A stretch of DNA of 64,000 nt from positions 8,401-72,400 of the forward strand of contig JAQUMN010000017.1 in NCBI GenBank assembly GCA_028718125.1. Reading direction: 5' to 3'. This document shows positions 8,763 to 19,591 of this stretch, in pieces (the stretch's first letter is position 1; every line of letters begins with the position of its first letter). A program made the position numbers and the translations under genes. The stretch comes from Kiritimatiellia bacterium (GTDB lineage Bacteria; Verrucomicrobiota; Kiritimatiellia; JAAZAB01). The notes below the pieces were generated by a model, which worked only from the letters and a program-made list of their open reading frames with translations, searched no databases and was not told where the DNA came from.

Positions 8763-9689
8763 CTATGGAAGCGCTTGCCGCCGATAGCCTGGGCGTAGCG
8801 TTCCGGCTATTACCTTGTTCAGGAAAGCGACATCACGGCGGAGCCGGTCTGTGCCAGTCATGTCGGGGGTGAAGTCCTCGATGATAATGGGCGCCTTGAC
8901 GCCGGCTGCATGCAGGGCGTTCAGCCAGGTGGGAATGTGCAGGTCGGAGTTCTCGAATGCCGAAAACTGCACGGTGACCACGTTGCACCCTAATGCATCC
9001 ACCTTGTCGACCACGCGCCGGGAGCCGCCCAGATGAACGCAGTCAATGTAGTCGCGGAGCACCGATACAGCCAGGTTTGGGTGCAGTTCGCCTTCGCGCG
9101 TGAAATTGGCGATATCGAAAATAACACCCAGCTCGCGCGGATCGAAGTGGCGGCAAATGGCCCAGGCCAGTCCCGGCGAGGTGACAAGCGAACGGCAATG
9201 AGTTTCAATGATGATTTTGATCCCCAGAGGACGCGCCATTGTCCGGACGATGATATCGTAACGGCGGATCATGCGTTCCAGAAGCTCCGCGTAATTGAAT
9301 GGCTTGTCGGGGCAGGGCGGGGGATCCACGCGCACACAGCGCGCTTGCGCTTTCGCCGCGCCTTCCAAGTGCAGACGCAGCGTTTCATCCGGATCATCAA
9401 TGTTTGCGCTGGGCAACGCGCCCCAGGGTTCCAGACCGGCCTTGCGCAACTGGGCGGTAATCACGGCGCCTTCCCGGAGAAATATTTGCGGTGTTAGATC
9501 GAACTTGTGGTTGCCCCAGTTGCTGTAGGGCTTGCTGCGCTGGGCTTCCGGGATGATCCGCGGACGATACTGGTAATAATGCAACCCCAATTCAGCGCAC
9601 AGCGCAATCTGTTCCTCAAAATCCAGTTCCGGCAACATGACCGCGGTAACGCCAAGGTCCATAATGGCCTCCGAAAAACATGGCTGCAT
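8763..9689 (-). CDS. Sugar phosphate isomerase/epimerase (xylose-isomerase-like TIM barrel)
   Basis: 308 aa with AP-endonuclease-2/xylose-isomerase-like TIM barrel hallmarks and no signal peptide. Confidence 0.65.
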   Translation of the reverse strand: MQPCFSEAIMDLGVTAVMLPELDFEEQIALCAELGLHYYQYRPRIIPEAQRSKPYSNWGNHKFDLTPQIFLREGAVITAQLRKAGLEPWGALPSANIDDPDETLRLHLEGAAKAQARCVRVDPPPCPDKPFNYAELLERMIRRYDIIVRTMARPLGIKIIIETHCRSLVTSPGLAWAICRHFDPRELGVIFDIANFTREGELHPNLAVSVLRDYIDCVHLGGSRRVVDKVDALGCNVVTVQFSAFENSDLHIPTWLNALHAAGVKAPIIIEDFTPDMTGTDRLRRDVAFLNKVIAGTLRPGYRRQALP

Positions 9690-9705
9690 TCAATCAGTTA
9701 TAGTC

Positions 9706-10809
9706 TCAGGCGTCGCCGAAACTGGTGCCCACCGCACGCGCCGCCATGACCTTCTGGGTCTGGGGCGTGACTAATTTCAGGTGCGCGATGGCATCCTTGA
9801 TCGGCACGGCTTCCACTTTGTTGCCATGCAGGGCAACCATCTGGCCGAACTTGCCTTTCATCGCCAGCCAGCATGCCCCCACGCCGAACCCCGTGGCCAG
9901 AATACGGTCGAAGGACGTAGGCGAGCCGCCGCGCTGTAGATGCCCCAGCACGGTGACGCGCGTTTCAAGTTCGGTGCTTTTCGTGATTTGCTTGGCCACG
10001 TATTCGCCGACCCCGCCTAATTGCTTGGCATCGGTGCGTTTCTCATCATAGGACTTAACGATTTCACCGCAGTCGGGAACGCGCGCACCTTCCGCCACGC
10101 AAATGATGCTGAAGCGTTTGCCATGCCGGCTGCGCTCAATGAGCTTGTGAAACACATGCTCCCATTGGAATGAAATTTCCGGGATCAGGATGACGTCGGC
10201 CCCGCCGGCCAGCCCGGCGGAAAGTGCAATCCAGCCGGCATAACGGCCCATGAGTTCGATGATCATGACCCGGTGGTGTGAGGACGCTGTGGTGTGCAGG
10301 CGGTCAATGGCTTCGGTGGCGACGCTTACGGCAGAATCGTGACCGAAGGTAAGGTCGGTGGCCGCCAGGTCGTTATCAATGGTCTTGGGCACACCTACAA
10401 TGTTGGCGCCCAGTTCCATGAGTTTGCTGGAGATGGTCATCGTGCCGTCGCCGCCGACGGTGATCAGCGCATCCAGTCCCCATTCCCGGTAATGATCCAT
10501 GGCTTTTCGGGATGTATCCTGGATCGTGACCTTGCCGTCCGCTCCTTTGACCGGGTAATGCCAGGGATCGCCCTTGTTGGAGGTACCCAGGATTGTGCCG
10601 CCTGTGGTGAGAATCCCGGAAACATCCGTGTTGTGCAGACGGCGCATCCGGCCTTCCACGAGACCTTCGAATCCATCCTCAACGCCAATGACCTCATAAC
10701 CCCCTTCGTTCATGGCCGACTTGGCCACCGCGCGTATTACCGCGTTCAGGCCCGGACAATCCCCGCCGCCGGTTAAAATGCCCAGTCGTTTCGTTTTGCT
10801 GTTGCTCAT
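9706..10809 (-). CDS. pfkA: 6-phosphofructokinase (ATP- or PPi-dependent)
   Basis: 'LTGGGDCPGLNAVIRAV', 'GGDGT' and 'MGRYAGW' motifs are diagnostic of the PFK-A family. Confidence 0.85.
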   Translation of the reverse strand: MSNSKTKRLGILTGGGDCPGLNAVIRAVAKSAMNEGGYEVIGVEDGFEGLVEGRMRRLHNTDVSGILTTGGTILGTSNKGDPWHYPVKGADGKVTIQDTSRKAMDHYREWGLDALITVGGDGTMTISSKLMELGANIVGVPKTIDNDLAATDLTFGHDSAVSVATEAIDRLHTTASSHHRVMIIELMGRYAGWIALSAGLAGGADVILIPEISFQWEHVFHKLIERSRHGKRFSIICVAEGARVPDCGEIVKSYDEKRTDAKQLGGVGEYVAKQITKSTELETRVTVLGHLQRGGSPTSFDRILATGFGVGACWLAMKGKFGQMVALHGNKVEAVPIKDAIAHLKLVTPQTQKVMAARAVGTSFGDA

Positions 10810-10925
10810 CGTCGTCTCCCGTATTATTAATCAATGATCAGTTCTTTATCCTGAGCTATACACTACACGCCGGACGCTCCACACTCAACGTGTTTTTGCG
10901 CCGTTCGTTGCATTTTCAATGTCTG

Positions 10926-12152
10926 TCACGTCATCCGTCGTCGGTCGAAAGTCATCTGGCCGCCGACGCCAAGATCTTTGCCGTAAATCGCGAAATAGAC
11001 CGTACCCAACAGGCCGCAGGCGCATGCCGTAATAAAATTAGTCGCCGGCGATACCATCCAGAGCAAGGCGCCGCCAAACGCGGCCACGGAAACAATCACG
11101 TCCCGGATCAAATAATACAGGCCGAACATTCCGGCTTTCTGGTCTTCCGGCGCCAGGTCCATGATCAACGCCTTGCGGGTCGGCTCGCCGAATTCCTTCA
11201 ATCCCCGGATCACAAACGCCGCCGCCATCATGGCAAACGAGTGCGAAAACAGCAGGATGAGCGGGAACAGGGCGAAGTTGAAAAACGTGATGACCACGAA
11301 CGGCTTCTTGGCGCTGCGGTCGGCCAGCCACGCCACGGGCACATAAATCAGCATGGCGGTGATCATTTCAATAGCCGTCAGCACGCCGAACTGAACGGCC
11401 GATAATGTGTTGTTTTTTAGGCACCAGATGACGACGAAGGCGTAGGGGATCTGCTCGGCAAATCGCACCAGGATATCGGAAACCAGTAATTGCTTCAGCG
11501 CCGGCGCCATACGGGCCCAGAGTGCGAACGGATTTTTTTCAGCCGCTCGGCGGCGCGGAGCATCCTCCCTGATCATGGCTTGCTGGAGCGCCATTGATAC
11601 CACCGCCAGTGCCAGGGCGATGCCAAAGGAAAGCCGCACCCCCGTACGTTCACCGAAGCTCTGAATCATGACGCCGCCCAGGAGCGGTCCTAAAGCCATC
11701 GGCATACGCCGCACCAGGGAATGCATGGAAACGCCCATGGTGCGTTTGTTGGCCGGCAGAACCTGGGCCACCAGGCTCATGGTCGCCGGCAGGGAAATGG
11801 CGGTCCAGGAAAGGAAGAAAACGGAGCCGACTATGACCGCCTGCCAGTAGGGAAACAGGATGACAATTGCATAGCCCAGCATGGCGATTCCGTTGAACAG
11901 CGCCAGGGCGCGCTTGGTGCCCAGCCGGTCGCTGATATATCCGCCTGGAAATGAATAGAGCGCCGAGAGCAGGTTATCCATGCCGTTGAGCACACCGACA
12001 GTCATGATTCCGCCGCCCAGGGCCAGCAGGTAAATTGGCAGAAACCGCTCAGCCATCTTTTCGCCCAAGCCGATCAGGACGACCATGGCCAGCAGTGCCA
12101 CCATGCTTTGTTTGAGCGCGAAAAAATGAATGACCTTATTTATTGCGGTCAT
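10926..12152 (-). CDS. MFS transporter
   Basis: About 12 TM helices. Start moved to the ATG (rc) at 12150-12152 ('MTAINKV...') because the first 34 codons of the track ORF are translated from the family-2 repeat. Confidence 0.7.
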   Translation of the reverse strand: MTAINKVIHFFALKQSMVALLAMVVLIGLGEKMAERFLPIYLLALGGGIMTVGVLNGMDNLLSALYSFPGGYISDRLGTKRALALFNGIAMLGYAIVILFPYWQAVIVGSVFFLSWTAISLPATMSLVAQVLPANKRTMGVSMHSLVRRMPMALGPLLGGVMIQSFGERTGVRLSFGIALALAVVSMALQQAMIREDAPRRRAAEKNPFALWARMAPALKQLLVSDILVRFAEQIPYAFVVIWCLKNNTLSAVQFGVLTAIEMITAMLIYVPVAWLADRSAKKPFVVITFFNFALFPLILLFSHSFAMMAAAFVIRGLKEFGEPTRKALIMDLAPEDQKAGMFGLYYLIRDVIVSVAAFGGALLWMVSPATNFITACACGLLGTVYFAIYGKDLGVGGQMTFDRRRMT

Positions 12153-12180
12153 AAAAATGCCATGCGGGCAATGTTTCGGC

Positions 12181-12290
12181 ACGGCTGTGTCATCCATGCC
12201 AAAACCAGCGGCGGCGCGGAGCTCCTCCCTCCAATATCGCGAAAACATTGGCATTCATGGAGGGTCGAGCTCCCGCGAGACCGTTCTTGA
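12181..12290 (-). repeat. Interspersed repeat family 2, copy 2 (inverted orientation, ~50 bp internal deletion)
   Basis: Reverse complement of the family-2 consensus: 'ACGGCTGTGTCATCCATG...GGCATTCATGGAGGG...GCGAGACCGTTCTT'. Confidence 0.65.
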
Positions 12291-12407
12291 CGCAGCCCTG
12301 AATGTTCCGGTTTCGTTTCTTGTTTTTTATGGCGATTTTGCGTTGAATAAGGTAATATATATCCAACCATGAAACCGCACACAAGGCAAATGGGAGCCGG
12401 CCCCGAC

Positions 12408-13715
12408 ATGACCCGGCGGCATTTCGTATTGCTTTCGGCAGCGGGGGCCGTAGCGGTGCTGACCGGCTGTGCTACTGACCCGGTAACGGGCAAAAAGCAG
12501 TTCATGCTGATGTCGGAAGCGGGCGAGGTGGGGGCGGACAAGGAAAATTCTCCCCACCAGATCTCGGCCGATTACGGCGCTTTGCAGAATACCGGTCTCA
12601 ACCGGTATATCACCACCGTTGGTGATTTGCTGGCCTCCAAATCCCACCGGCCGGCTATGCCTTATACATTTCGAGGCGTCAATGCCGTATATGTGAATGC
12701 CTATGCCTTTCCGGCGGGCACCATTGCCGTGACGCGCGGGATGCTGGTCGATCTGCAGAGCGAGGCCGAGCTGGGCGCCCTGCTGGGTCACGAGATCGGG
12801 CATGTTTGCGCCCGGCATGCCGCCGAGCAGGCCACCAAAGGCATCGTGTCCTCCGTGGTAGTGACGGGCCTGGCCGCATTCGTTCAGTATCAGTTCGACG
12901 GCTACGGCGACTTGACCTCCGGGCTGGGCATTGTGGCCGCCGGCGCGCTCCTGGCGCGCTACAGCCGCGCGGACGAGCGCGAGGCCGATGCCCTTGGCCT
13001 GGAATACATGACCCGCGTCGGCTATAATCCCGAAGGCTCGGTTGGCCTCATGGATATACTGCGCAAACTTTCCAAGGATAAACCCAACGCCATTGAAATG
13101 CTGTTTGCCACGCATCCCATGAGCGAGGAGCGCTATCAGACCGCCGTCGAGGCGGTGCGCACGAAATATGCGGCCGCTAAAAACAACCCCCTGAACCGCG
13201 AGCGTTACATGGATACAACCGCTTCGCTACGGGCCATCAAGGGTGCGATTGACCAGATGCAGAACGGCGAAAAGGCCATGAGCGCCGGCAAGTATGACGA
13301 GGCTGCCGCCTGTTATGCAAACGGCTTGCGTCAGGCGCCCAATGATTATGCCGGCTTGTTGATGCTGGCCCGCTGCCGGCTGATGCAGAAACAGGCTGCC
13401 GAAGCCGTTCGCCTGGCCCGCGAGGCCCAGGCTGTTTATCCCGGCGAAGCCCAGGCGGTCTATATTTCCGGAATGGCCAATCTGCAGACGCAAGCCTTTG
13501 ATGCCGCCTTTCAGGAATTTTCCAGCTACGAGAAACTTTTGCCCGGCAACCCGAACACGACTTATTTCAAGGGGTATGCCATGGAAGGTGCGGGCCAACG
13601 CCAGGCGGCCGCCGATAACTACATGCGCTACCTCAATTCCGTTCGCCAGGGCGAATATGCCGAGCACGCCCGGAGCAAGCTGGTCGAGTGGGGCTATATC
13701 AAGAAAGGCACATGA
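12408..13715 (+). CDS. M48-family peptidase with C-terminal TPR repeats (BepA-like periplasmic protease/chaperone), lipoprotein with Tat-like signal
   Basis: HExxH motif 'HEIGHVCARH'. 'TRRHFVLL' followed by the lipobox 'LTGCATD'. The C-terminal ~170 aa are TPR-like (alanine-rich helical repeats). Confidence 0.8.
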   Translation: MTRRHFVLLSAAGAVAVLTGCATDPVTGKKQFMLMSEAGEVGADKENSPHQISADYGALQNTGLNRYITTVGDLLASKSHRPAMPYTFRGVNAVYVNAYAFPAGTIAVTRGMLVDLQSEAELGALLGHEIGHVCARHAAEQATKGIVSSVVVTGLAAFVQYQFDGYGDLTSGLGIVAAGALLARYSRADEREADALGLEYMTRVGYNPEGSVGLMDILRKLSKDKPNAIEMLFATHPMSEERYQTAVEAVRTKYAAAKNNPLNRERYMDTTASLRAIKGAIDQMQNGEKAMSAGKYDEAAACYANGLRQAPNDYAGLLMLARCRLMQKQAAEAVRLAREAQAVYPGEAQAVYISGMANLQTQAFDAAFQEFSSYEKLLPGNPNTTYFKGYAMEGAGQRQAAADNYMRYLNSVRQGEYAEHARSKLVEWGYIKKGT

Positions 13716-13853
13716 CGCCGGGCGGGCGCCGGATGAAGGCAACGCTCGCGCAGGTTGCGCCGGGCGCGGAGGCCGCCGGCCGGCGCGGGAGATTTTGCGG
13801 ACCCGGCAACGGGCTGCGGCCAATCCGGCGCCCAACCCGCGGCACCGCCGCGC

Positions 13854-16811
13854 TCAAGCGAATATGATCGTTCCCAGGCGGGCGGTATCGTTGCGATAGT
13901 CATAGCCCTGGCACCACGCGCCGAAGGTGTTAATGCCCGCCGCCGGATTGGAGAGCACGTTGACCCGCCAGACGTCGTGGCGTTTCGGCTTGCCGCCGAG
14001 CTGGGACCATGGAATCACCACGTCGATTCGCCAGCTTGTATCGGTGTGCTCGAAGTGCGCGTGATACCCGGGGATTGGCTCCGGTGTGGTCATTTCCGAC
14101 AGGGTGCCGGACCGGTCGCGGAACAGCCGCCGTATTCCGCCTTTGCCCTCGTAAAAAATGCGGTAATCGAACACGCGCTCGCCCGTGTTGCCGGCGTCGA
14201 TAAAAATCTCCATGAACTCGTTCTGCTGGACCGTGCCGCGCTTCTGTTCCCAGGTGGCCCGGCGCCGGGCGAAGTTGATGTCGAACTCCCGCAGCGCCAG
14301 CTTCAGTCCGGCGCCGGTGTGCGTGATGCGCAGTTGCGTGTGAACGTCGCGGTCAAAATTAACCCGCCGGAAAAACGACGCGAAATCTTCAAGCGACGAT
14401 TCTCCCCAGCGGTAGTGCTGGTCGTGCACCATGGCGCGGAAACCGGAGTCGCGCCCGACGGCGTCGTCGGCAAAACATTGCATGGCCGGCGGGGTCGCCC
14501 CGTCGATCTCCGCCCGGACGTAATTGCGCCATGCCCGCACGTTGTCGTAATACACCGCGAGCTTCGCCGAGTTCGCCAGCTTCGCCAGCGCTTGTTCGGC
14601 CGCGGCCAGCGACGCCTTCAGCAGCTTCAGGTTGCGCGCCATGATCGGCCCGCGCACCGAGACATAGGGGCGGCTCATGCGGCGGATTTCGTTATAGCGT
14701 TCATGCGAACCCAGATACGCGGTCAGGGCCGCGGCGGGATAATCGGCCTTGGACGCGGCGAGAATCGCGGTGATGGCGTCGGCATCCTTTTGCGGCTGCC
14801 AGCGGGCGTGGAAGTTGGGCATGCAGAAATCGTCGGTCGCATGCAGATGCGGGCCCAGGACGTTGATGGCGTCCAGCAGGATAGACCGCGCGTTCGCCAG
14901 GTGCCTGCGGAACGCCGCCTTGCTGCCGGCAAAATAGCAGGCGCCCAGTTCGCGCGCGACGGCGATCTCGCGCCAGATGCGCTCCCCGCGCCGGCAGTTT
15001 TGGGCGACCGCGCCGATCAAGGCCTTGTCGGCCCCGGGGCCGACGAGCTGCCGCAGCCGTTTGACCGCCGCTTGCGACGCGGCGATATATGTCTGCAACT
15101 GCCGGATCATGTACCGCGGTCCGCGCGCCGCCTTCCGTTTAATCGCGGGATTAACCGAATCGATCGGGGCCTGCGTGTCGTCCGGCACGACCTTGGTCAC
15201 CTTGTCGCGCACAACCCATGTGCGCCAGCGCACGTTCGGGCGGATCGCGCCGAAGCGGTTCATGAACGACATCGGGTAGTAGAAAAAAGGCTCCTGGTAA
15301 TGCGAGAAGCGCCCGGGATGGAATCCACCCTCGGCGGCCGAGCCGTAACAGAACTGCTGGTAGCCCAGGAGCACGATCTGGCTCGATTTGAAAATCGCAT
15401 CGCGAATGGCCCGGCCCGCCGCCGGCGTTGTCCCGAACCAGGCCGCATAGCGCTGGGCCCATGCCTGCGGCGCGGGTGCTTCGCCGCGGACGTAATCGAC
15501 GACGGCCTCAACGTGCCCGCGGTTCATGCGCGCGTGAGACTGCAGCCATTTCCGGAAGATCGTTTTGCCCGGAAGCGCGTCCAGCAGCAGTTCGTGGCTC
15601 GACTGGCAGGAAATCGAGTCGGCGCCCCTGGCCTCGATGCTGGCCAGCAGGGCCTGGATGTAGGCCGGATCGGTCCATAGTTTCTGGGTGATATTCGCCG
15701 CGCAGTTGTGGCACGGCCCGAGGCTGAAGGTAAACTCCACTTCCGGCATGGCCTTCTTCCACACGGCCACCCGCGCGTCGGCGACGGGATAGAAATAAAA
15801 ATCGCTCGTGTCGTGGCTCTTGTGCACCAGGGCCTTGGGGCCCCGGTAGCTGCGCAGCAGTTGCGTCATGCCCGCGACATCCGACACCCCCCAGAGGCGG
15901 AAGAAAAGCACCGGTTTTTTTGCGAGCGCGTTCGCCACCCGCACCAGCGTCTTCTGCATGTACGGCACCGCGTTGCCCGACGATTCGAAGTTGATGTAAT
16001 ACCCGTCCAGTTCCGGCAGCACCTCGCGCGTGCGGCGATATATATAGCGGTTGTATTCTTCAACCACCGGGTGCTCGAAATTCGCCAGGAGGCTGCCGCG
16101 CGCCGATATCCCCAGTTTCAAATGGTCCGCCAGCGCCTGCGTGAAGTGCGTGGCGTAATGGTGCAGGAAAGTGCGCAGCCCGTACTTCTGCGCCCAGCCA
16201 AACAGGCGGCGCAACGCCGCGCGGGTTAGCTTGCGCTCGGCGGCGGGAATATGCGTCGCGTGCGCGAACCCCGCGTAGTCCAAAAAAAATTCGAACGGAT
16301 GATACCCGCAATAGACGACAAAACCGTTAAAGTGCCGCGCGGCCAGTTCCTGGAAAAACGCCTCCATTAACCGGTCCGTATACCCGCCCAGCCATGGCGG
16401 CGCATTCGGCGGCGCGGCGCCCACGCGCAGGTTCACTTCGTGCTTGTAGTTGCGCGACTTGAATTTAAGCGTGCATGCAAAATCTTCGAACTTGCCCGCC
16501 GCCGTCCGCCGGGCCAGCTCCAGCAGCGCGCCGATCGTGCCGGTGGCGGTGGCCGCGTCAATCGTGACGTTCTGTTCCGTCCACGCGACGGCGAACGCGT
16601 CGCCGGCCGGCTTATCCGGCGTTCTGAATATTAAGCGGCGCTTGCCCAGCGTGAAATTCCCGGCGTCTTGGACCATGCCCGGGACCCGCCCGGCCGCCCA
16701 GCGCACGCCGTGCGCTGCCGGGCCGAACCGTTGTTCCAATAGTTTGCTCTTTGCCATGGCATCTCCTCCTCTTTTAGCGGAAGCGGGCTTGCCGCCGGAT
16801 TGCAGGTTCAA
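13854..16811 (-). CDS. Large conserved hypothetical protein (985 aa), possible glycoside hydrolase-like catalytic core plus C-terminal carbohydrate-binding-like domain; no signal peptide
   Basis: Long ORF with a protein-like composition. Start uncertain: 'MAKSKLL' at ~16760 is plausible. The antisense ORF 13755..15680 is taken to be a GC shadow. Confidence 0.5.
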   Translation of the reverse strand: MNLQSGGKPASAKRGGDAMAKSKLLEQRFGPAAHGVRWAAGRVPGMVQDAGNFTLGKRRLIFRTPDKPAGDAFAVAWTEQNVTIDAATATGTIGALLELARRTAAGKFEDFACTLKFKSRNYKHEVNLRVGAAPPNAPPWLGGYTDRLMEAFFQELAARHFNGFVVYCGYHPFEFFLDYAGFAHATHIPAAERKLTRAALRRLFGWAQKYGLRTFLHHYATHFTQALADHLKLGISARGSLLANFEHPVVEEYNRYIYRRTREVLPELDGYYINFESSGNAVPYMQKTLVRVANALAKKPVLFFRLWGVSDVAGMTQLLRSYRGPKALVHKSHDTSDFYFYPVADARVAVWKKAMPEVEFTFSLGPCHNCAANITQKLWTDPAYIQALLASIEARGADSISCQSSHELLLDALPGKTIFRKWLQSHARMNRGHVEAVVDYVRGEAPAPQAWAQRYAAWFGTTPAAGRAIRDAIFKSSQIVLLGYQQFCYGSAAEGGFHPGRFSHYQEPFFYYPMSFMNRFGAIRPNVRWRTWVVRDKVTKVVPDDTQAPIDSVNPAIKRKAARGPRYMIRQLQTYIAASQAAVKRLRQLVGPGADKALIGAVAQNCRRGERIWREIAVARELGACYFAGSKAAFRRHLANARSILLDAINVLGPHLHATDDFCMPNFHARWQPQKDADAITAILAASKADYPAAALTAYLGSHERYNEIRRMSRPYVSVRGPIMARNLKLLKASLAAAEQALAKLANSAKLAVYYDNVRAWRNYVRAEIDGATPPAMQCFADDAVGRDSGFRAMVHDQHYRWGESSLEDFASFFRRVNFDRDVHTQLRITHTGAGLKLALREFDINFARRRATWEQKRGTVQQNEFMEIFIDAGNTGERVFDYRIFYEGKGGIRRLFRDRSGTLSEMTTPEPIPGYHAHFEHTDTSWRIDVVIPWSQLGGKPKRHDVWRVNVLSNPAAGINTFGAWCQGYDYRNDTARLGTIIFA

Positions 16812-16927
16812 CTGCGGCCCGGCGGGGCGCCACGCATCCTGTGCAAAGCCGCCCGTTTTCCAGGCTGTGTCGATGCATCAATCATTTGCTTCGCAGCTCG
16901 GTGTCTGCCGGCCGGGGTGCCGGCTGC

Positions 16928-19567
16928 TTAGAAATAAAGGGTTATTTCGGCCTTGCCCGCGAAGGGCGCGATGCGCACGGTTTCACTGGCCGCGTCATAG
17001 ACGCCGCCTTGCGCCCTGACGGCCCGGCGCCCCTCGGGATGCGGCAGGCGCAGCAGCACGGTCTTGGGTTTGCGCCCTCCGTCGCACTTCACCTGCGCGC
17101 TGATCCGGTTGCGGCCAAGCTGCGATTCGACCGCGAGCGTCAGCGGCCCGAAATAGGTGGCCACCTGGTCGAGCCGGACGGTTTGACCGTCCGCGAGCCA
17201 TGCGCGCGGGATGGCGCTTAACAGGCGCAAGTCATTGCCATCCTCCAGCCAGAGCATCCAGCGCGTCTGCATCAGGAACCAGGCCTGTTCATGGGTCTTG
17301 TGTTCGCTGGCGTGATGGTAATGTTCCCAGAATGTGTAGGTCTCGCGGTCCTGCAGCGCGGTGATCTGGTTGTAATAAGTTTTGAGGAACGCCGCGACCT
17401 CGCCGCGCCGGATATGCGCATAATCATGCCGGCAGTAATAAGGCTGGCTCAGCGCGGCGTTTTCCAGGGTCACGGGATATTGATTGGTCTTGAGCATGAA
17501 CTTCGCGCCGATTTCAGCGGGATCGAGCGCCTCGCTGATGACCAGCCACAGCGGGCCGGTCAAACAACTGCGCGCAGCGAAGGCGCCATGGGTGAACCAA
17601 TTGCCGCCATCGGCATAGAAACTGATCCCGCCGGTATATTCCACCCACGGCGGCATGAGCGGCGCCCAGGAGCCGTCGGCCAGCGGTATGAGCGGCGCGC
17701 GCGCCTGCGCGTGATAAAACCCGGCGCGAATGTCTTTTAAATATTCCGGCAATTCGCCCGCGAGCATCCGGGCATATTCCGGATCAACATCGCGCAGGAT
17801 TTCCGCCACGCGCTTCAGGCCGACATAAGTGCCGGCATTCAGGAAAAAAGAGTGATAAAAATCGTTGCAATCGGCCACCTTGCCGTTGACCATGCCGTAA
17901 AATCCCTTGGCGCGGTATTCCTCCAGCTTGTTGCGTTCCCGCCATTGCAGGAGGTAATCGGCGGCTTTCCTGATGTTAGGCAGTACGCGCTTGAGCCAGG
18001 CCGCATCGCGCGTATAGCGGAAATGCTCGCCGGCGGTCCAAAGCAATGGGCCGGTCTCGCTTTCATACTTGCCGAAGTTCTGAATGAACCCGTCGGGCCG
18101 CTGGCGCACGAAGAAGAAGTCAAGGCAGCGCTCGGCTAATTTGTGCCAGCCCATGGAATCGAAGAATTGAATAATCGGCGCGCTTTCGGTCCCGATGGGC
18201 GCGTACCAGCCGATCGTGGCCAGCACCGGCCCATCCGGCTCGCGTCCCAATGCCACGAGGTCGCAGTGTAACAGTCCTGCCTGGATGTTCTCCTGAATCG
18301 GCTTTTCCGGCACGGTAATTTTTGCTGCCGAGGCCAGGCGCGCGCGCCAATATTCGCGGCAGGCATCCAGATGTGCGTTAAAATCCAGTTTCAGCAAGGC
18401 TTGGGCGCGCGCCGCATCCAGGGGCGAGTGCGGGATCAGGATGTCGAATTTCACGGTCTGGCCCGGTTGCAGCAAAACAGCCATTTCCTCTTCCGGCAGG
18501 GCCTGGTCGTCAAGCCGGTTGACGGCATAAACCGTGCCGGCGGATTCCAAGACGGAAAAGCCGTTCTTGAATTGATGTTTATCCGGCGTCGCACGCCCGG
18601 GAAAACCGCATATGTGCCCGGCTTTGAACCAGGCATAGCGCGGCGTCTTGCCGGTGTTGACGGCTTCCACGCGCAGGCAACAGACAACTTCCTGCTCGCG
18701 CTGCCGCATCTCGGCTTGTAGCCGATCATACATTGCCGTTTTTTGTTCAGCGGTCAGCATATTGCCGCCGGCATTGGCATAGCAAGCATCCCACTCCGAT
18801 CCGCGGACGGCGTCCGCGCTGAGCGGTGCTTTTTCCAGCGAGGCAAATAGAACGAGATTGTAATGGACATCCTGCTCGACCTGGGTGGAGCGTAAAATGG
18901 GCAAGACGCCATCTTCCTGGCGCCGTGTGATTTGCGGGCGGCAGGAAGTCCCCTGGCCGATTTCAAAATTCACCTGGTAGGCCGTGGGGGGAGTGCGTTC
19001 CATTATCGGTGTCCGGCTTACGGGAATATATTGCGGGATGCTGTGATAACATGGTTGAATCTGTCCCCAATATTCGTAGCGTTCCTGATATCCCACGCGA
19101 AACATGCGCATATCGCGGCCAAGTCCCAGCCAGGTCGAACAATATTGCCTGCGATTCAAGCGCGCCGCATGGGCGTAAGATTCTTCCGGAGCGTTGTCAA
19201 ACCGCGTGAAGTCGGAAATCAAGCCGCGGGCGGCAACATCTCCGGCTACCTGCGCATAATCGCGCGCGTCACCTCCGGGAACCACCGCCGCCTGGAATTC
19301 CGGAATAAAAACGGGAGTGGCGGAATTGACGTCGCGCAAATTGAAGGCAAACGGATTTTCATCCGTAACGACATTGCAGATTGTCGGGAACGCCCCGCAT
19401 TTCAAGGTGAATTCCGAAAACGAAATTTCCAGCCGCCCGCCCTGCGGCAACTGGAAGCGATTTTCGGCGCTATTGCCGCCTGGCGCATGCAAACGCCCGA
19501 CTTTCCCGTTGCGCGCCATGATCGTGCCGTTGACATTATTCCGGCCGAACAATACTGTGATCTTCAT
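16928..19567 (-). CDS. Large hydrolase-like protein, paralog 1 (probable (alpha/alpha)6 six-hairpin glycosidase-like), cytoplasmic
   Basis: About 880 aa and roughly 60% identical over its full length to 25158..27782 (e.g. 'GWYAPIGTESAPIIQFFDSMGWHKLAERCLDFFFVRQRPDGFIQNF'). Start placed at 'MKITVLF'. Confidence 0.55.
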   Translation of the reverse strand: MKITVLFGRNNVNGTIMARNGKVGRLHAPGGNSAENRFQLPQGGRLEISFSEFTLKCGAFPTICNVVTDENPFAFNLRDVNSATPVFIPEFQAAVVPGGDARDYAQVAGDVAARGLISDFTRFDNAPEESYAHAARLNRRQYCSTWLGLGRDMRMFRVGYQERYEYWGQIQPCYHSIPQYIPVSRTPIMERTPPTAYQVNFEIGQGTSCRPQITRRQEDGVLPILRSTQVEQDVHYNLVLFASLEKAPLSADAVRGSEWDACYANAGGNMLTAEQKTAMYDRLQAEMRQREQEVVCCLRVEAVNTGKTPRYAWFKAGHICGFPGRATPDKHQFKNGFSVLESAGTVYAVNRLDDQALPEEEMAVLLQPGQTVKFDILIPHSPLDAARAQALLKLDFNAHLDACREYWRARLASAAKITVPEKPIQENIQAGLLHCDLVALGREPDGPVLATIGWYAPIGTESAPIIQFFDSMGWHKLAERCLDFFFVRQRPDGFIQNFGKYESETGPLLWTAGEHFRYTRDAAWLKRVLPNIRKAADYLLQWRERNKLEEYRAKGFYGMVNGKVADCNDFYHSFFLNAGTYVGLKRVAEILRDVDPEYARMLAGELPEYLKDIRAGFYHAQARAPLIPLADGSWAPLMPPWVEYTGGISFYADGGNWFTHGAFAARSCLTGPLWLVISEALDPAEIGAKFMLKTNQYPVTLENAALSQPYYCRHDYAHIRRGEVAAFLKTYYNQITALQDRETYTFWEHYHHASEHKTHEQAWFLMQTRWMLWLEDGNDLRLLSAIPRAWLADGQTVRLDQVATYFGPLTLAVESQLGRNRISAQVKCDGGRKPKTVLLRLPHPEGRRAVRAQGGVYDAASETVRIAPFAGKAEITLYF

Positions 19568-19591
19568 TACATCTCCCTGTATTTGCACTGT

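Noticed and set aside
10926-12254. Full-length track ORF for the MFS transporter (442 aa)
   Set aside because: The first 34 codons are read from the inverted family-2 repeat. The start was moved to the internal ATG at 12150-12152.
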